A stretch of DNA of 64,000 bases from NCBI GenBank assembly GCA_951406725.2, contig OX597828.1:6820001-6884000 (forward strand). The letters run 5' to 3'. Each line of letters opens with the position of its first letter. The first letter of the stretch is position 1. The position numbers were made by a program, and so were the translations under genes. The stretch is from Octopus vulgaris (Eukaryota). The notes below the pieces were generated by a model. It worked only from the letters and a program-made list of their open reading frames with translations. It ran no database searches and was not told the DNA's origin. Of the stretch, positions 38,766 to 51,609 are shown piece after piece.

Positions 38766-39899
38766 CTCTAAACAATCTAATTGATATTGTTGCATCTCAA
38801 GTTAGCACAAATCACTTGCTGTAGTTAGAGGCAGCACTATATCATGGCGAATGTTTCGTTGGAAAAGAAAAACTGTTGAAATACTGTGAAGCTTGGTGAT
38901 ATCATATCTCATAATATAAACGGTTGAAATTAGAACTAATTGTTTAGAGATGAATTTCGACATAATAGTATCGTAGATCTCACGATTAACAAAATATGTA
39001 ACGATACAACTTTTCAGTGAGAATATATTTCATTTCAATAGTTTCAATGATATATTTATTGATTTATTGAGTTGATTGCTATCTTCAGGAATTAATTCTA
39101 CATTCTTTTTTCTGTATATTGTCTTAGTATTTTTTTCCCTCCCGTGGGAAATACATTAGGTCTCTTGTAACATGTAACACGATTTAAGCCTAGCACTACA
39201 ATATATTAACCAGTTTTTATTTTTATTTTTGTTGAAACCCAGACAATCTAATAAAATTACATTGTAATTATTATGTAAGTCATTTATTGTGTTAATCACC
39301 TGGCTTGTCAGTTTCTGGCGCTTGCGTTCTGTAACTTTGCGTCCCAAGCCATATTGAGGCAACCCATCAAGAGCATCGACATCAGCGTAAAATAAAGTAA
39401 GAAATAATGTAAATCACCAACAACAATAACAACAAGATTATCTGTTGCTGTAATTGTTTTTGTAATCAATGTTCATTTTCAGTTTCTTGGAAACCGTTAA
39501 ATTAGAATTTCTCACGTTAGAAGCATTGTTTTCTTGCTTCCATTCTTAATCTACTTTCTTATTACTTTCTTTTGATTTTTGGCTGAGCACAAAGTGTCAG
39601 GTTTATGTGACAGGAGTTTAGTATTCTTTGACGTTCATTCCAAGAACAATAGACACAGTTTTAATTGGGAATCAAAGCTGTGTCCAGAGCTGTCTTCAAT
39701 TCAACAGAATTCACATCTTTATGCTACATTATTTATAAAGGTTTCTTTTTGACGAGAAATCAAGGCGAGAAATGGAAAGGAATAATGTGGTGTTTCATGA
39801 TTTTTTCATAAATTTATCAATAGATTTGCCTTTTTATTGAAACCTGCTGTTTCCACCTCGGAAATTCTGTTTCAATAATTCAACGCTTTTCAAACCATT

Positions 39900-40065
39900 C
39901 TTTAGTGTCTTGCTTTATGCCAAATTCATTTCTCTCAGCTCGTCTTTAACTGTTCCACACCAGCTATTCTCCGGCTGTTCATGATTTTGCTCTACGGATA
40001 GGGTCCGTCTACGTGTTATCTTTAGTACCTTATTCCGATTCATTCTGGGTGCGTGATAGAGCACC
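39900..40065 (-). mobile_element. Possible RTE-type LINE C-terminal remnant
   Basis: Minus translation YHAPRMNRNKVLKITRRRTL...QPENSWCGTVKDELREMNL loosely fits the GH..RM...RP..TW..TV..EL ending of RTE ORFs. Confidence 0.35.
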
Positions 40066-40469
40066 CGACTGAATGATTTACGATATTTAGTTACATCTCT
40101 TTGCGTTCTGGATTCAAATACCTTCTGAATTGACTGTTGATTTCCATTATTGGTGGGAGGGAGTCGATTGAATATGTCGTAAACATGGAGCTTAGTAAAT
40201 TCTTTACTGCACCCTTACGACAAATAGTCACCTGGCATTGTCAGACTGAAAAGTATTCGAATGACGTTCTTATAACTTACTCAATTCACCGTCTTTGCAT
40301 TCTTTCTCTCTTCAAGCACTGGCGTTTGATGGAGACATGGCTGTCCTCAATAGTAATGTTGCTTATATGTTGGTTTTATTTGTTTTGTTTTTTTCGTACT
40401 ATTTTATTTTACTATTCTGATTCTTGTTACTAAGTTCATTGTTTTGGCAAATTAGTTAAAGCCAAACTA

Positions 40470-40668
40470 AATGCCGGGTGATATTTAATGAAAACCCTCT
40501 ACTTTCTGAGTTCGAATCTGAGTGAAGTCTGCTTTACCTTTTTTATCCTTCTGGATTCAACAAAATATAAGAACTGAGGTCGATTTAATCGACTAACTGC
40601 TTTCCCAAAACTTCAGGCCTTGTGCCTATAGTACAAAGGATTATCATTATTATTATTGTTGTTGTTAC

Positions 40669-40735
<67 letters not shown>

Positions 40736-41325
40736 GCTCTGAGTTAACCTTTTGCCTTTCATCCTTTCGGGGTCGATAAAATAAGTACCATTTGAACACT
40801 GGGGTTGATGTACTCGACTTACCCCACCCACAAAATTTCAGGCCGTGTACCTATAGTAGAAAGTATTATTACTATTATTCTTGTTGTTAAGGCACTTGGA
40901 TTGCGGAATCGTTATCGCATCAGACGAAATGCCTAACAGCATTTCATCCGACTCTGTGCCAAGCTCAAATCCCGCCGAAGGCAACTTTGCTTTTTCTTCC
41001 TTCCGATATCGATAAAATATATTTGAAGTTAAGTACTGGGCTTCATATACTTGACTTACCATCCACTCCCTCATTAACATTGCTGACCTTGTGCCAAAAT
41101 TTGAAAGAATTATTATTGTTTTTATGAACGGCGGGCAAATGGCAAAAACGTTAGAGTGTCCGGCAAAATGCAACGGTGTACTTCTGGCAATTTACGCTGA
41201 GTTCAAATCGTGCTGCGATTTTACCTGGGTCGACAAAATAAAGTACCAGGGAAGGACTTGGGTTGAAGTTATTGAGTAATGCCCTCATGCCAAAATTGCT
41301 GGCTTTGTGCCAAATCAGGAACAAA
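40470..41325 (+). mobile_element. Cluster of four co-oriented SINE family B copies or fragments
   Basis: Units at about 40470-40640, 40735-40862, 40888-41110 and 41128-41325, each ending in CTTGTGCC-type tails. Confidence 0.8.
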
Positions 41326-43049
41326 TATTGTTTTTGTTATTAATATAGTACTTACTGCTGTTGCAGTAGAAAGCAGTTGTTGTTCCTTTGATACAAGAGA
41401 TCAGTCACCAGGCCGTATAACACTTACTTAAAACCCTTGAAGGAAAATTGCAAATGGCTACCGAGAAAATAGAGGCTTTTACTTCCTAGTCAGTGTACAA
41501 TACAGTGTAAGTGTGTACCAGTTTCAAATAGTAGAGTGACAGGAGGTAGAGGGTGGAGGAAGAGGGGTACTTACTAAGAATTAGAAACAAATAAACAAAG
41601 TATAAAGAAAATCTCTTACTAATCAACATCCTATTTCGAAATTGTTTGAAGAGCAAGACGGCTATATCTTAGTCACGTGCTCACTACTTTAAATATTCAG
41701 AATGTTCAACTCCACCACCGCCACCTTGATTAAAAGACAAATTAGTATTCAGTCGAGTGGCATACACAAAAGTAACACAATCATGTGTGTGCGTTTGCAT
41801 AGATATATGCATACACACATACGTATATAGGAGCATTCACACATACGTATATAAGCCAAAGAAAATCACACAGCCATCCTAATTATAGTAAAACTTCAGT
41901 TTAATTGTATCTATAAACGTAAGCCAACTGGTACCAGCAATCACTCTTTACTGTTAAGTTCATTGTTATAATTGCTGCTTTGTAAATATAGAACGGCATG
42001 CAGTACTCACGTGTTTGCACTGATGGTGGGTGAAACAGAATTAGTGAGATGGTGAGGGAGACAGGGAAATAGGGTGTGTGTGAGAGAGAAAGAGAAATAA
42101 AGCGAGAAAAAGTGAGTGAAAGAGACTGAGAGAGGAACGAAGAGAAAGTCAAGTCTCACTGAAAAAATTTCGTCCGTTTTAAGCATGTCATTCTCAAAGT
42201 GTCTGATTCATAGATTTTCCTGTTTGTTGGTTGGTCGGTTGGTGAGTTATTGTTCTTTTGTAGATTTATCATTTTTTTCTTGTTTTTTTGCCATTGGTAT
42301 TTAACCCCTGGTTAAACCTGATTAAGTTAACTTATGATCAAACGCATTCCGCTCATGACAACTCACCTATTTATTCAGATCTAGAACAACGAAAATCATC
42401 ATATTCATTGTTACTATCCTTTCTGAAAATGGTAAGGTGTGATTTAAGGGAGACTTGACGGTTATTTCTAACAAGCCGAGTAACCGAAAAGATTTTGTTA
42501 TTGTCGTTATTTAGGTTCCGGTCAATCTCTTACACCAGGAATATATATGATCAAAAGCCATGCTTGATAAGACCATTCCAATATTTTAAGAATATCTACA
42601 TTATCGAAAACAGACACCCTGACGATGTCTAACCGCTAAGATTTTTTTCTCCTTGGATATGGATAGTAGGTCCTCATCAGATTCCGAACCACAACTTGAC
42701 GTTCAAGAAACAGAAGATCAGCATAATACTGTGAATGGCGGTTAGAACCACGCAGATCAATGCCTTTTCATCCCCTGTGTCAAAATGGAATCACCAATAT
42801 TGATACTGCCGATACATCTGAAAGAGATTTAACGAAGTTAAAATTTGCTGTACATCGTGTAACATTACGTTAATTCAACTCCCGTTATGGCAAGCTGAAT
42901 TTTGTGTTCACAAATATTTAGCGCACACTATATTGTGTCCTTCCTTTAAAAGCAGTATGTAATTTGAGAATGACTTCTAACCAACCCCGTTGACCACCTA
43001 GAGGCTCCCACATCAAATAGGTTTCCTATATTTTTCTAAATTTCACCAG

Positions 43050-43151
43050 CTGATCAGTGAGTACGAGGCTGTTGTTTCAAATACTGGCATCTCGGCAGAT
43101 GACATGGAAAAACTGGCCAAATGGCAAACTACCAGACATAATGAAATAATC
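43050..43151 (+). CDS. Candidate 102-nt phase 0-0 exon, unknown product
   Basis: TTTTTCTAAATTTCACCAG| ... ATC|GTATGA. Reads LISEYEAVVSNTGISADDMEKLAKWQTTRHNEII with protein-like composition in unique sequence. Confidence 0.4.
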
Positions 43152-43421
43152 GTATGAAATAGTTTTATTTTTATATTGTGAAGATACATCAGAGATAAAA
43201 TGGATATGCTACTAGACTATTAGCCCTTAATTAATGACTTACGTTACTTGCAAAAAGCTTTATTCGCCAACATATATATACACTTACTTTTTCTATTCGC
43301 CTGTCATTAACTAATCCGATATTCTAACTAAGAATAGAAACAATTATCATTTACTGCCTATCATACCGCTTCAAAATACAGCCAATATATATGTGTGAGT
43401 AGGTATGAGTGTGTGTATGTA

Positions 43422-43471
<50 letters not shown>

Positions 43472-43472
<1 letters not shown>

Positions 43473-43616
43473 GGAGAATTCTCAAAAAAGAAACAAAAGA
43501 CGAAGACAGGTGGCGTAGAAAACAAGCAGATGTATTAGTATAACGCTCGGGGAGTGAAAATGTCTTTAACGTTTCGAGCCTACGCTCTTCCACAGAAAGG
43601 AACACACAAATAAACA
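43472..43616 (-). mobile_element. Short repeat with hammerhead-like motif (copy 2, best preserved)
   Basis: Minus strand CTTT-CTGTGGA-A-GAGC GTAG GCTC-GAAA-CGTT-AAAG at 43564-43599. (TA)n on both sides. Confidence 0.65.
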
Positions 43617-43632
43617 ATATATATGATTATAA

Positions 43633-43691
<59 letters not shown>

Positions 43692-43889
43692 CATTATAAT
43701 CAAGGATAAAATCTGTATAGGATAGTTTTAGAGCCATTTGGCATCTACTTCTAGCATGTGGAGCTACCCAGTAGTTGCCCTTATTATAATTATACACACA
43801 CATATGTATATATTTATATATTATATATGTATGTATTTGTGTGTGTGTACGTATAGGTACAAATATGTATGTATAATATGCATGTTTTT

Positions 43890-44308
43890 ATGTGCGGTAA
43901 GAAGTTTGTATCCCAACCGCATGGTTTGGCGTTCGGTCTCACTGCCTAGTACTTTGGGCAATTGTCTTTTACTATAGCCTCTGGCCGATTAAAACCTTGT
44001 ATGTGGATTTGGTAAAGGGAAAGGGAAAAAAACCCGTCGTATGTGCGTGTGTGTGTCTGTGTGCGTGTGTGTGTTTGTGTGCGTGTGCGTGTGTGTGTGT
44101 GTGTGTCTGTGTGCGTGTGTGCGCGCGTGTTTGTGTTTGCTTTTTGCAATCGATTTTGGTGTGTTTGCGTCCACGTAACCGAGCAGTTCGGCAAAAATGA
44201 ATGATAGAATAAAGTACCAATTATTTTTTAAATAAGTACAGGAATCGATTAGTACTGCTAAAATTCTGCCAAAATGGTCGCAGTCCAACGACTGAAACAA
44301 GAAAAAGA
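43890..44308 (+). mobile_element. SINE family A, diverged
   Basis: GCGGTAAGAAGTTTG..CCCAACCGCATGG ... GACTGAAACAAGAAAAAGA. Confidence 0.8.
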
Positions 44309-44953
44309 CAAAATGTAGCCCAATTCTTTGCTTATATTTTCTTAATCAATATATGTTCCATAATGTATTAAATAGAATATGTATTATTGCATATTGTAAA
44401 TTTATATATTGAGTGCTGTGTGATGGAAACAATATATGTTTTTATGTCATCCAATGCGTGTCTGTGGATATATATGTGGCAGGGTGTACATGAAGCCTTG
44501 CTATGAAACATAAACAAATGTAAATATATCATATTCTCTTTGCGCACAGAAAGATCAGGTGAGGTCGCTTTTAAAAATTGTACTGCCCGTTGAGTATTCG
44601 TATGCTGTGTTTCTGTCCACAATGACGCTTTATAGCAATCGGTATTTATTTCAAACTTGAGAGTAACTAAAACAGATTAACTGAAATTATAGATTTAACT
44701 TCAAGAAATCTATTTTAGATCAAATAAATACTGTGTTGTGCATAACGTATTTGTCTCCTATTTATTTGCATTTGTACGTTTTAAAACGAAGTGGAGAAGT
44801 AATGCTTTGTTGAACTTTTCAGACTTAAGTAGACGCCTTAGACGAAAGTAGATTTCTTAGACCGGAGTAAAAAACCAGTGCCCATAGTCCTTTTTGGAGA
44901 TTGGGCGTTTAGTACTACCGACGTAAGGAAAGAAACTTTAGAAGTGACTATAT

Positions 44954-45370
44954 TACTCTTTACTCTTTTACTTGTTTCAGTCATTTGACTGCGGCCATGT
45001 TGGAGCACCGCCTTTAGTCGAGCAACTCGACCCTAGGACTTATTCTTTGTAAGCCCAGTACTTATTCTATCGGTTTCTTTTGCCGAACCGCTTAGTGACG
45101 GGGACATAAACACACCAGCATCGGTTGTCAAGCAATGCTAGGGGGACAAACACAGACATACAAACACACACACACATACACACACATACATATCTATACA
45201 TATATACGACGGGCTTCTTTCAGTTTCCGTCTACCAAATCCACTCACAAGGCTTTGGTTGGCCCGAGGCTATAGTAGAAGACACTTGCCCAAGATACCAA
45301 ACAGTGGGACTGAACCCGAAACCATGTGGTTGGTAAACGAGCTACCTACCACACAGCCACTCCTGCGCCT
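44954..45370 (-). mobile_element. SINE family A, full length and well preserved
   Basis: (TTTACTC)n tail, complete body and head CACAGCCACTCCTGCGCCT. Confidence 0.92.
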
Positions 45371-45555
45371 ATTGTGTATATTTAATCAGGGTTGGTATAT
45401 ACCTTACTATTAGAGAGCAACTGGGGCTTTTCTTCAGGCAATAAAAGAAACAAGATGTGGCTGGAATACATCAGTGCTCCTGTATTGATAAGTGAAGGTT
45501 TCCTTTCGGTTTTCTTTAAGATACACCTGCACTCACAGGTATACAATAGAAGGCT

Positions 45556-45786
45556 AGGCGGCGAGCTGGCAGAATCGTTAGCACGCCGGGCGAAATGCGT
45601 AGCTGTATTTCGTCTGTCGTTACGTTGTGAGTTCAAATTCCGCCGAGGTGGACTTTGCCTTTCATCCTTTCGGGGTCGATAAATTAAGTACCATTTACGC
45701 ACTGGGGTCGATGTAATCGACTTAATACCTATGTCTGTCCTTGTCTGTCCCCTCTGTGTTTAGCCCCTTATGGGTAATAAAGAAAT
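45556..45786 (+). mobile_element. SINE family B monomer with 16-bp TSD
   Basis: AGGTATACAATAGAAG at 45537-45552 and 45787-45802. Confidence 0.92.
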
Positions 45787-46246
45787 AGGTATACAATAGA
45801 AGCACGCTAATGAAGAAATTGCTAGTGGTTTGTACGATGCTATCGACTATGCAAATGTTTGGTCATTTTCTGGAAGTCCTATAGAAATATATTCACAATT
45901 TTGTGCATTATACGTGTGGTTGCTATGATAAGTAGTAAGGAATTATAAAAGTATTTGTAAAGACTTTGAAGATTTAAGTGGTTAGACTGTACGGGAGAGA
46001 GTAGTTTTGTAAGTGGGTCTCCTTCATAAGTGTAGTGATTGTGCTTTTGCTCCTGCTGAACTGTACTTGAGGAAGTTTTTTTTTTAATAAGTATGTGGGT
46101 GTATATAACTCAAATACCTACATACATACATACATACATATATATAAATACTTACATATATATGTGTGTGTGTGTGTGTGTATGTACATATATATACATT
46201 CATATATACGTACGCATATATTTATAATATATATAAACACACACAC

Positions 46247-46338
<92 letters not shown>

Positions 46339-46562
46339 GATATAATATTATTAATATTATTATAATTGTCATTAACGAGGCGTCGAGCCTCTCTTAATCT
46401 TTTTCGTTCTGTGGACTATCCTCTTGTGTGTGTACACTCACATATATGTATGTATATATATATATATATGATATTTGTAAACTCGTCTTTAGCATTCAAT
46501 TTCTTGGTAATACCCAGTGAAAAGATCTTAAATGTTGTTGTTCTTGTTAGTATTGTCATCAT

Positions 46563-46905
46563 TAAAGCTGGTAGCAGGCAGAATCGTTAGTACCTAGCGG
46601 CATTTCGTCCGTCTTTACGTTCTCCATTCGAATCCACCGACGTCGATTTTGCCTTTTAGCCTTTCGAAGTCTATGAAATAAGTATCAGATGAATACTGGG
46701 ATCGATGTAGCCGACTCGACCCCTTTCCCGAACCTGCCGGCTTTGTGCCAAAATTAGAAACCGATATTATCATCATTTCGTTGGCATTGCCGATAGGTTG
46801 ACAAAATATGTTACACAATGCCACATGTGCTAAACATTTTGTCCTCTCAGTTCAAATCCCTACCCAGTCAGTATTACATTTCAACATTCCAGGTTCGATA
46901 AAATC
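46563..46905 (+). mobile_element. Two diverged SINE family B copies
   Basis: GGCAGAATCGTTAG...CGTCGATTTTGCCTTT; second remnant GTTCAAATCCC...GGTTCGATAAAAT. Confidence 0.65.
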
Positions 46906-47224
46906 TAAAGAAAGGCTCACAAAATCAAATAAGTTAGTACCTATTTAACAATATGTTATTCATAATGGTAAATAGATACGCCATGGTACTCAGCTTTTGA
47001 TGTATTTACCAAAACAAATCAAAAGCCTTAGTTCACTGCAAATGACTGTTATCAAACTGAACTTCTCCCTTACATTTCTTATCAAGTATTATTATGAGCG
47101 CTAATTTTATTTATTCCCTTTGATTTTATTTACAAGTGCCATTCTGATAAATTAAACATTTTTTCCGTTGTAGCTTTCACCTTTGGGTATCTTAATCCCC
47201 ATCACTTCAGTAACATTACTCGAC

Positions 47225-48439
47225 TATTCGGATCGATGTTGCACATGAAATATCACATTTTTATTTACCTGTTATTTCAAGGATTTAAAAACTCAATTAT
47301 GTATATATTGCATTTAATCTTGACTCTTTTTCTTTCCCAGCAATGTTGGTATACAAAATTCGCACCCACAGACCTTATGAAAATGATAACAACCAATCTA
47401 TGTTGAGTGATTTTCTCGTATGAGTATATACTGAGTCACTCTGCCGTAGAAGCTCTACGGAATATCAAGCAGGCCTTTGATAATGGTTTTGTTGACATCA
47501 GAACTATTTTGAGATGGTTCCAAAGCTCTCGTTCAGAGATGATAACCTTGAAAATAAACTAAGGGGTAAGCTAAAATCATGCATGATGGATTAAATGCTT
47601 TGGTTGAACAAAATCTTAGAACAAAGATTCGAAAACTTTCATCAGAACTCCAGACATGTCGCTCAACCGTTTTTGTACACCTGTAAAAAATTGGAAAAGT
47701 CAAGAAAACGGATAGGTTTGTTCCACATCAACTGAACGAGATTTTAAAAAAACAGACACCTCGAAGTGTGCTCCTTATTGCTTTCCCGACTTGCGATGAG
47801 AAATGGATACTCTTAGACAACAGCAGGAGAACAAGACAGCGCTTTGATGCAAGAGAGTCACCTAAACACTATCCAAACCCACCAATGCATCCAAAATGTT
47901 AGTGGTCACTGTTTGGTGGTCTACGAAGGGAGTTATTCATTATTCATTTTTGCAACAAGGAAAAACGGTGACAGCAACATCGTATTGCCGGGATATTGAT
48001 TGTATGCGTGAGAATTTGATAAAGAAGCAACCCAGACTAATGAATAGTGATGGCCCAATTTTGCTCCACGACAATGCACGTCCTCACACCACTCTAGCTG
48101 CAGTACAAACGTTTTGAGGCCTGAATTACGTGATTTTGCAACGCCCTCCTCATTCCCTTGATATCTCTCCTACTGATCATCACTTATTAAAGCATTTTAA
48201 GCTTTTCATAAGCAATAAAACGTTCTTAAATAGAGAAGAGGTAATTGAAGCATCCGGATAGTTTATCACAGCAAAAGATGAGTTTTTTTTAAAGATGGAA
48301 TATATGACACAGAGAAACGGGTAAACGTCATAAATGAACATGGATCATACTTCGATTAAATAAATCAGTTCTCTAACATTTCTAAAACATTTTATTGTCA
48401 CACTTTCAATTATGACATTTCATGTGAAACAACCTAATA
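47225..48439 (+). mobile_element. Near full-length decayed mariner element (cecropia/Hsmar1-like)
   Basis: Motifs FVPHQL (WVPHEL), TCDEKW, VTVWWS..GVIHY, LLHDNARPH, PPHSLDISPTDHHL (YSPDL.PTD), HGSYFD*. TIR remnants TGTTGCACATGAAATATCA and TGACATTTCATGTGAAACAACCTAATA. Many stops and frameshifts. Confidence 0.92.
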
Positions 48440-48523
48440 ATAGGTTACTGTGCGCTCCTCCTAAACGTAACCTAGTCCCAAAGTTTGAAAGTAATAGTAG
48501 TAGTAACGACTGTACTGATGGTG

Positions 48524-48578
<55 letters not shown>

Positions 48579-48740
48579 AAGAAGTAGTCATAGTAGTAAT
48601 AACTGTACTGATGGTAGTAGTAGTAGTTGTTGCTGTTGTTGTAGTAGTATTTTTGTTGTTGTTGTAGTAGTAGGTGTTGCTGTAGTAGCAGTAGGTGTTG
48701 TTGTTCTGGAAGTGGTGGTGGTGGTGGTGGTGGTGGGTTG

Positions 48741-48789
<49 letters not shown>

Positions 48790-50310
48790 CAGCAGCAGAA
48801 GTTGTAGTTGTCACAGCGGCAGTAGAATTACTATAGATTTCTTGGCAGTTATGATGACGGTTAGACAAGTAGTAATACGTATTATCATTGTTCTTTTGAA
48901 AATTACAGCCTTCCAGCAAAATTACCCAATTTTAAACGTATTCTTTCTTTTTCCCTGTCTTTCGTTTTTTTTTTTTTTTTTCGAAACAGGAAACTGTTTC
49001 CTGAAGAATGTTAGCAAATTTCACTTTAATATAACTTGCTACAGGATAACGAATAAAGGAAATTGTGCTTTTTGTTATTTTCATCTTTCATCTTTACAAT
49101 AGAATTAAATCTAAATTGGATTTTTTTTAACCTTGGCAATCTAATTAATTAAAGAAAAAAAAGTAGAATAAAACGTTTTACTGATATTTCTTGAAGTTTT
49201 TCAGCTGCCATTACGTAAAATAGAGCCTGACCTTGGAACCTGGGGAAATCTAAAGACATATTAAAACGGAGAGGTGGGCTGTAATTGTTTGATATTGTGC
49301 TCATTTTTGTGAGATTTTTAGATTTCGATGACATATTACTCTTTCTCGTTATCGCGTCTATAGGTTACACATTTCTAAGGTAAAAATATGGTTGTTAAAT
49401 CGACCAGTATATGTTTAAAATTTAACATATCGATCACGGTTTTAAAGAAAGGTGATGTAGGTTGCGTGTTTGGATTTTCCTCAGCGCAGAAATCACATTC
49501 CATGTTTAAAATTTAAATATTTTAATAACGATAAAGAATTTTTCCCCTACAGAAATACAGGTTAATAGATTCACTTTACAATTGAATTTAACCCGGTAAC
49601 AACTGAAGTCAATTCAGCGTCTCTTTTGTCTATTCCTTTCTCACACCTCACATATCCGTAGCGCAACTACTTCCCTCTCTGCATTCATTAAACTCCCCGT
49701 CTTGAATCCACTATTGACTGCCACGACTCAGGGATTCCAGGATAGTTGACCTACAACCTTAATTCCAGGCGCCAGTACAACACAGGATTAGTCGATGCAT
49801 CACAAGATATGTTTTATCGTGTCGTTTTAGGGAAAATGAACATTGTCTCAGTTTAGGTTTCTTTAAAATATATAAAATATGTGTGCATGCATATATGTAT
49901 ATATGTGTATATGTATGTATGTATGAATGTATGTATGTATGTATGTATGTATGTATGTATGTATGTATGTATGTATGTATGTATGTATGTATGTTTGTAT
50001 GTAGATAGGTAGGTAGGTATGCATGTAGGTGGGTAGGTAGATACGTACATATGTGTGAATATATGTATGCATGTATGTATGTTGGGTATGAATGTGTTAT
50101 GAACAGCATCTGCCAACGTTACGAGGTAGCTCCGAGCCCTCAGAAACGTATAATGTCTTCTCCCTCGAATTCGTTGAGTTTATGCAACCAGAGAAAGCTT
50201 GCTCTATCAAAAAATATATACATATTTATATTTGATTGTTAATCATCTGAAAATGTTAAGCCTGACATTTTTTTTACACGTATACATGCGTGTATATATA
50301 TATATATACG

Positions 50311-50341
<31 letters not shown>

Positions 50342-50711
50342 ATGTATATATATATAACTTGTATATTAAAACACAAGGTTTTATCTACTTATTTAACTCA
50401 TTGTCTATGTATGTATGTACGTACGTATGAACGTAATGTATATATATATATATATATATATGCGATTGTATTTGCGTCTTTCTATGTAATTAAAATTGCA
50501 AACATAGTATGAAAACATGAAAACAAAATCACAAGAATATCTAAATTGAAATTTTCTGTATCTTTCAGACTTTAAAGAGCAACTTTAATTGTGCTGCATA
50601 TCTTTCAGAATTATCCTTTAAACAAAGTACATCTATTCATTTTGAGTAACCAAAATGCACATATATATATACATACATACATACATACATACATACATAA
50701 CATATACATAC

Positions 50712-50781
<70 letters not shown>

Positions 50782-50923
50782 TATATATATATATAGTATA
50801 TTGTGAATTTTTGATTTAGTGTGCTAAATTGAATTTTTTCTTTATTGGCTTGGAATTTTTATATTCCCTAACTATTAATAATATTTATATTTATATATAT
50901 GTGTTTGTGTGTGTGTGTGTGTG

Positions 50924-50954
<31 letters not shown>

Positions 50955-50956
50955 GC

Positions 50957-51058
<102 letters not shown>

Positions 51059-51222
51059 TAATAATATTAGGGAGTAAATCCAAACTTACAGGGAAAAATT
51101 AGATTTAGGATTATATTTTGTATATTTTGTATATTATATTAATTAATTTATTTCTATTTATTGGTTTATGTTTTTCACTGTTTGATTTGCCTAATAGTGG
51201 TTTTATCTATAATTTAATATAA

Positions 51223-51326
<104 letters not shown>

Positions 51327-51508
51327 GAACACAGTGTACATTTAAACAAATAAGAGATGACCATCATAGGACACTTAGTATGCTAGAAGGAGTAGCCAAA
51401 ATCCAAACTACTATTAGAGATAAATTTCGAAGCTAGGCCACCGGTAATAAAGATTTCAAAAATGTTTTCTTACCCTAATATTTATTAATTATATATACAT
51501 ACATACAC

Positions 51509-51608
<100 letters not shown>

Positions 51609-51609
51609 T

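Noticed and set aside
39299-39390. Minus-strand exon ending CAG|GTGATT (…GLGRKVTERKRQKLTSQ)
   Set aside because: In-frame stop just upstream and no suitable AG acceptor.
42640-42680. CTGATGA on the minus strand as a hammerhead core
   Set aside because: GAAA is not adjacent to a closing stem II.
47896-48117. Functional or domesticated mariner transposase
   Set aside because: Surrounded by stops, frameshifts and a deletion before the first catalytic D.
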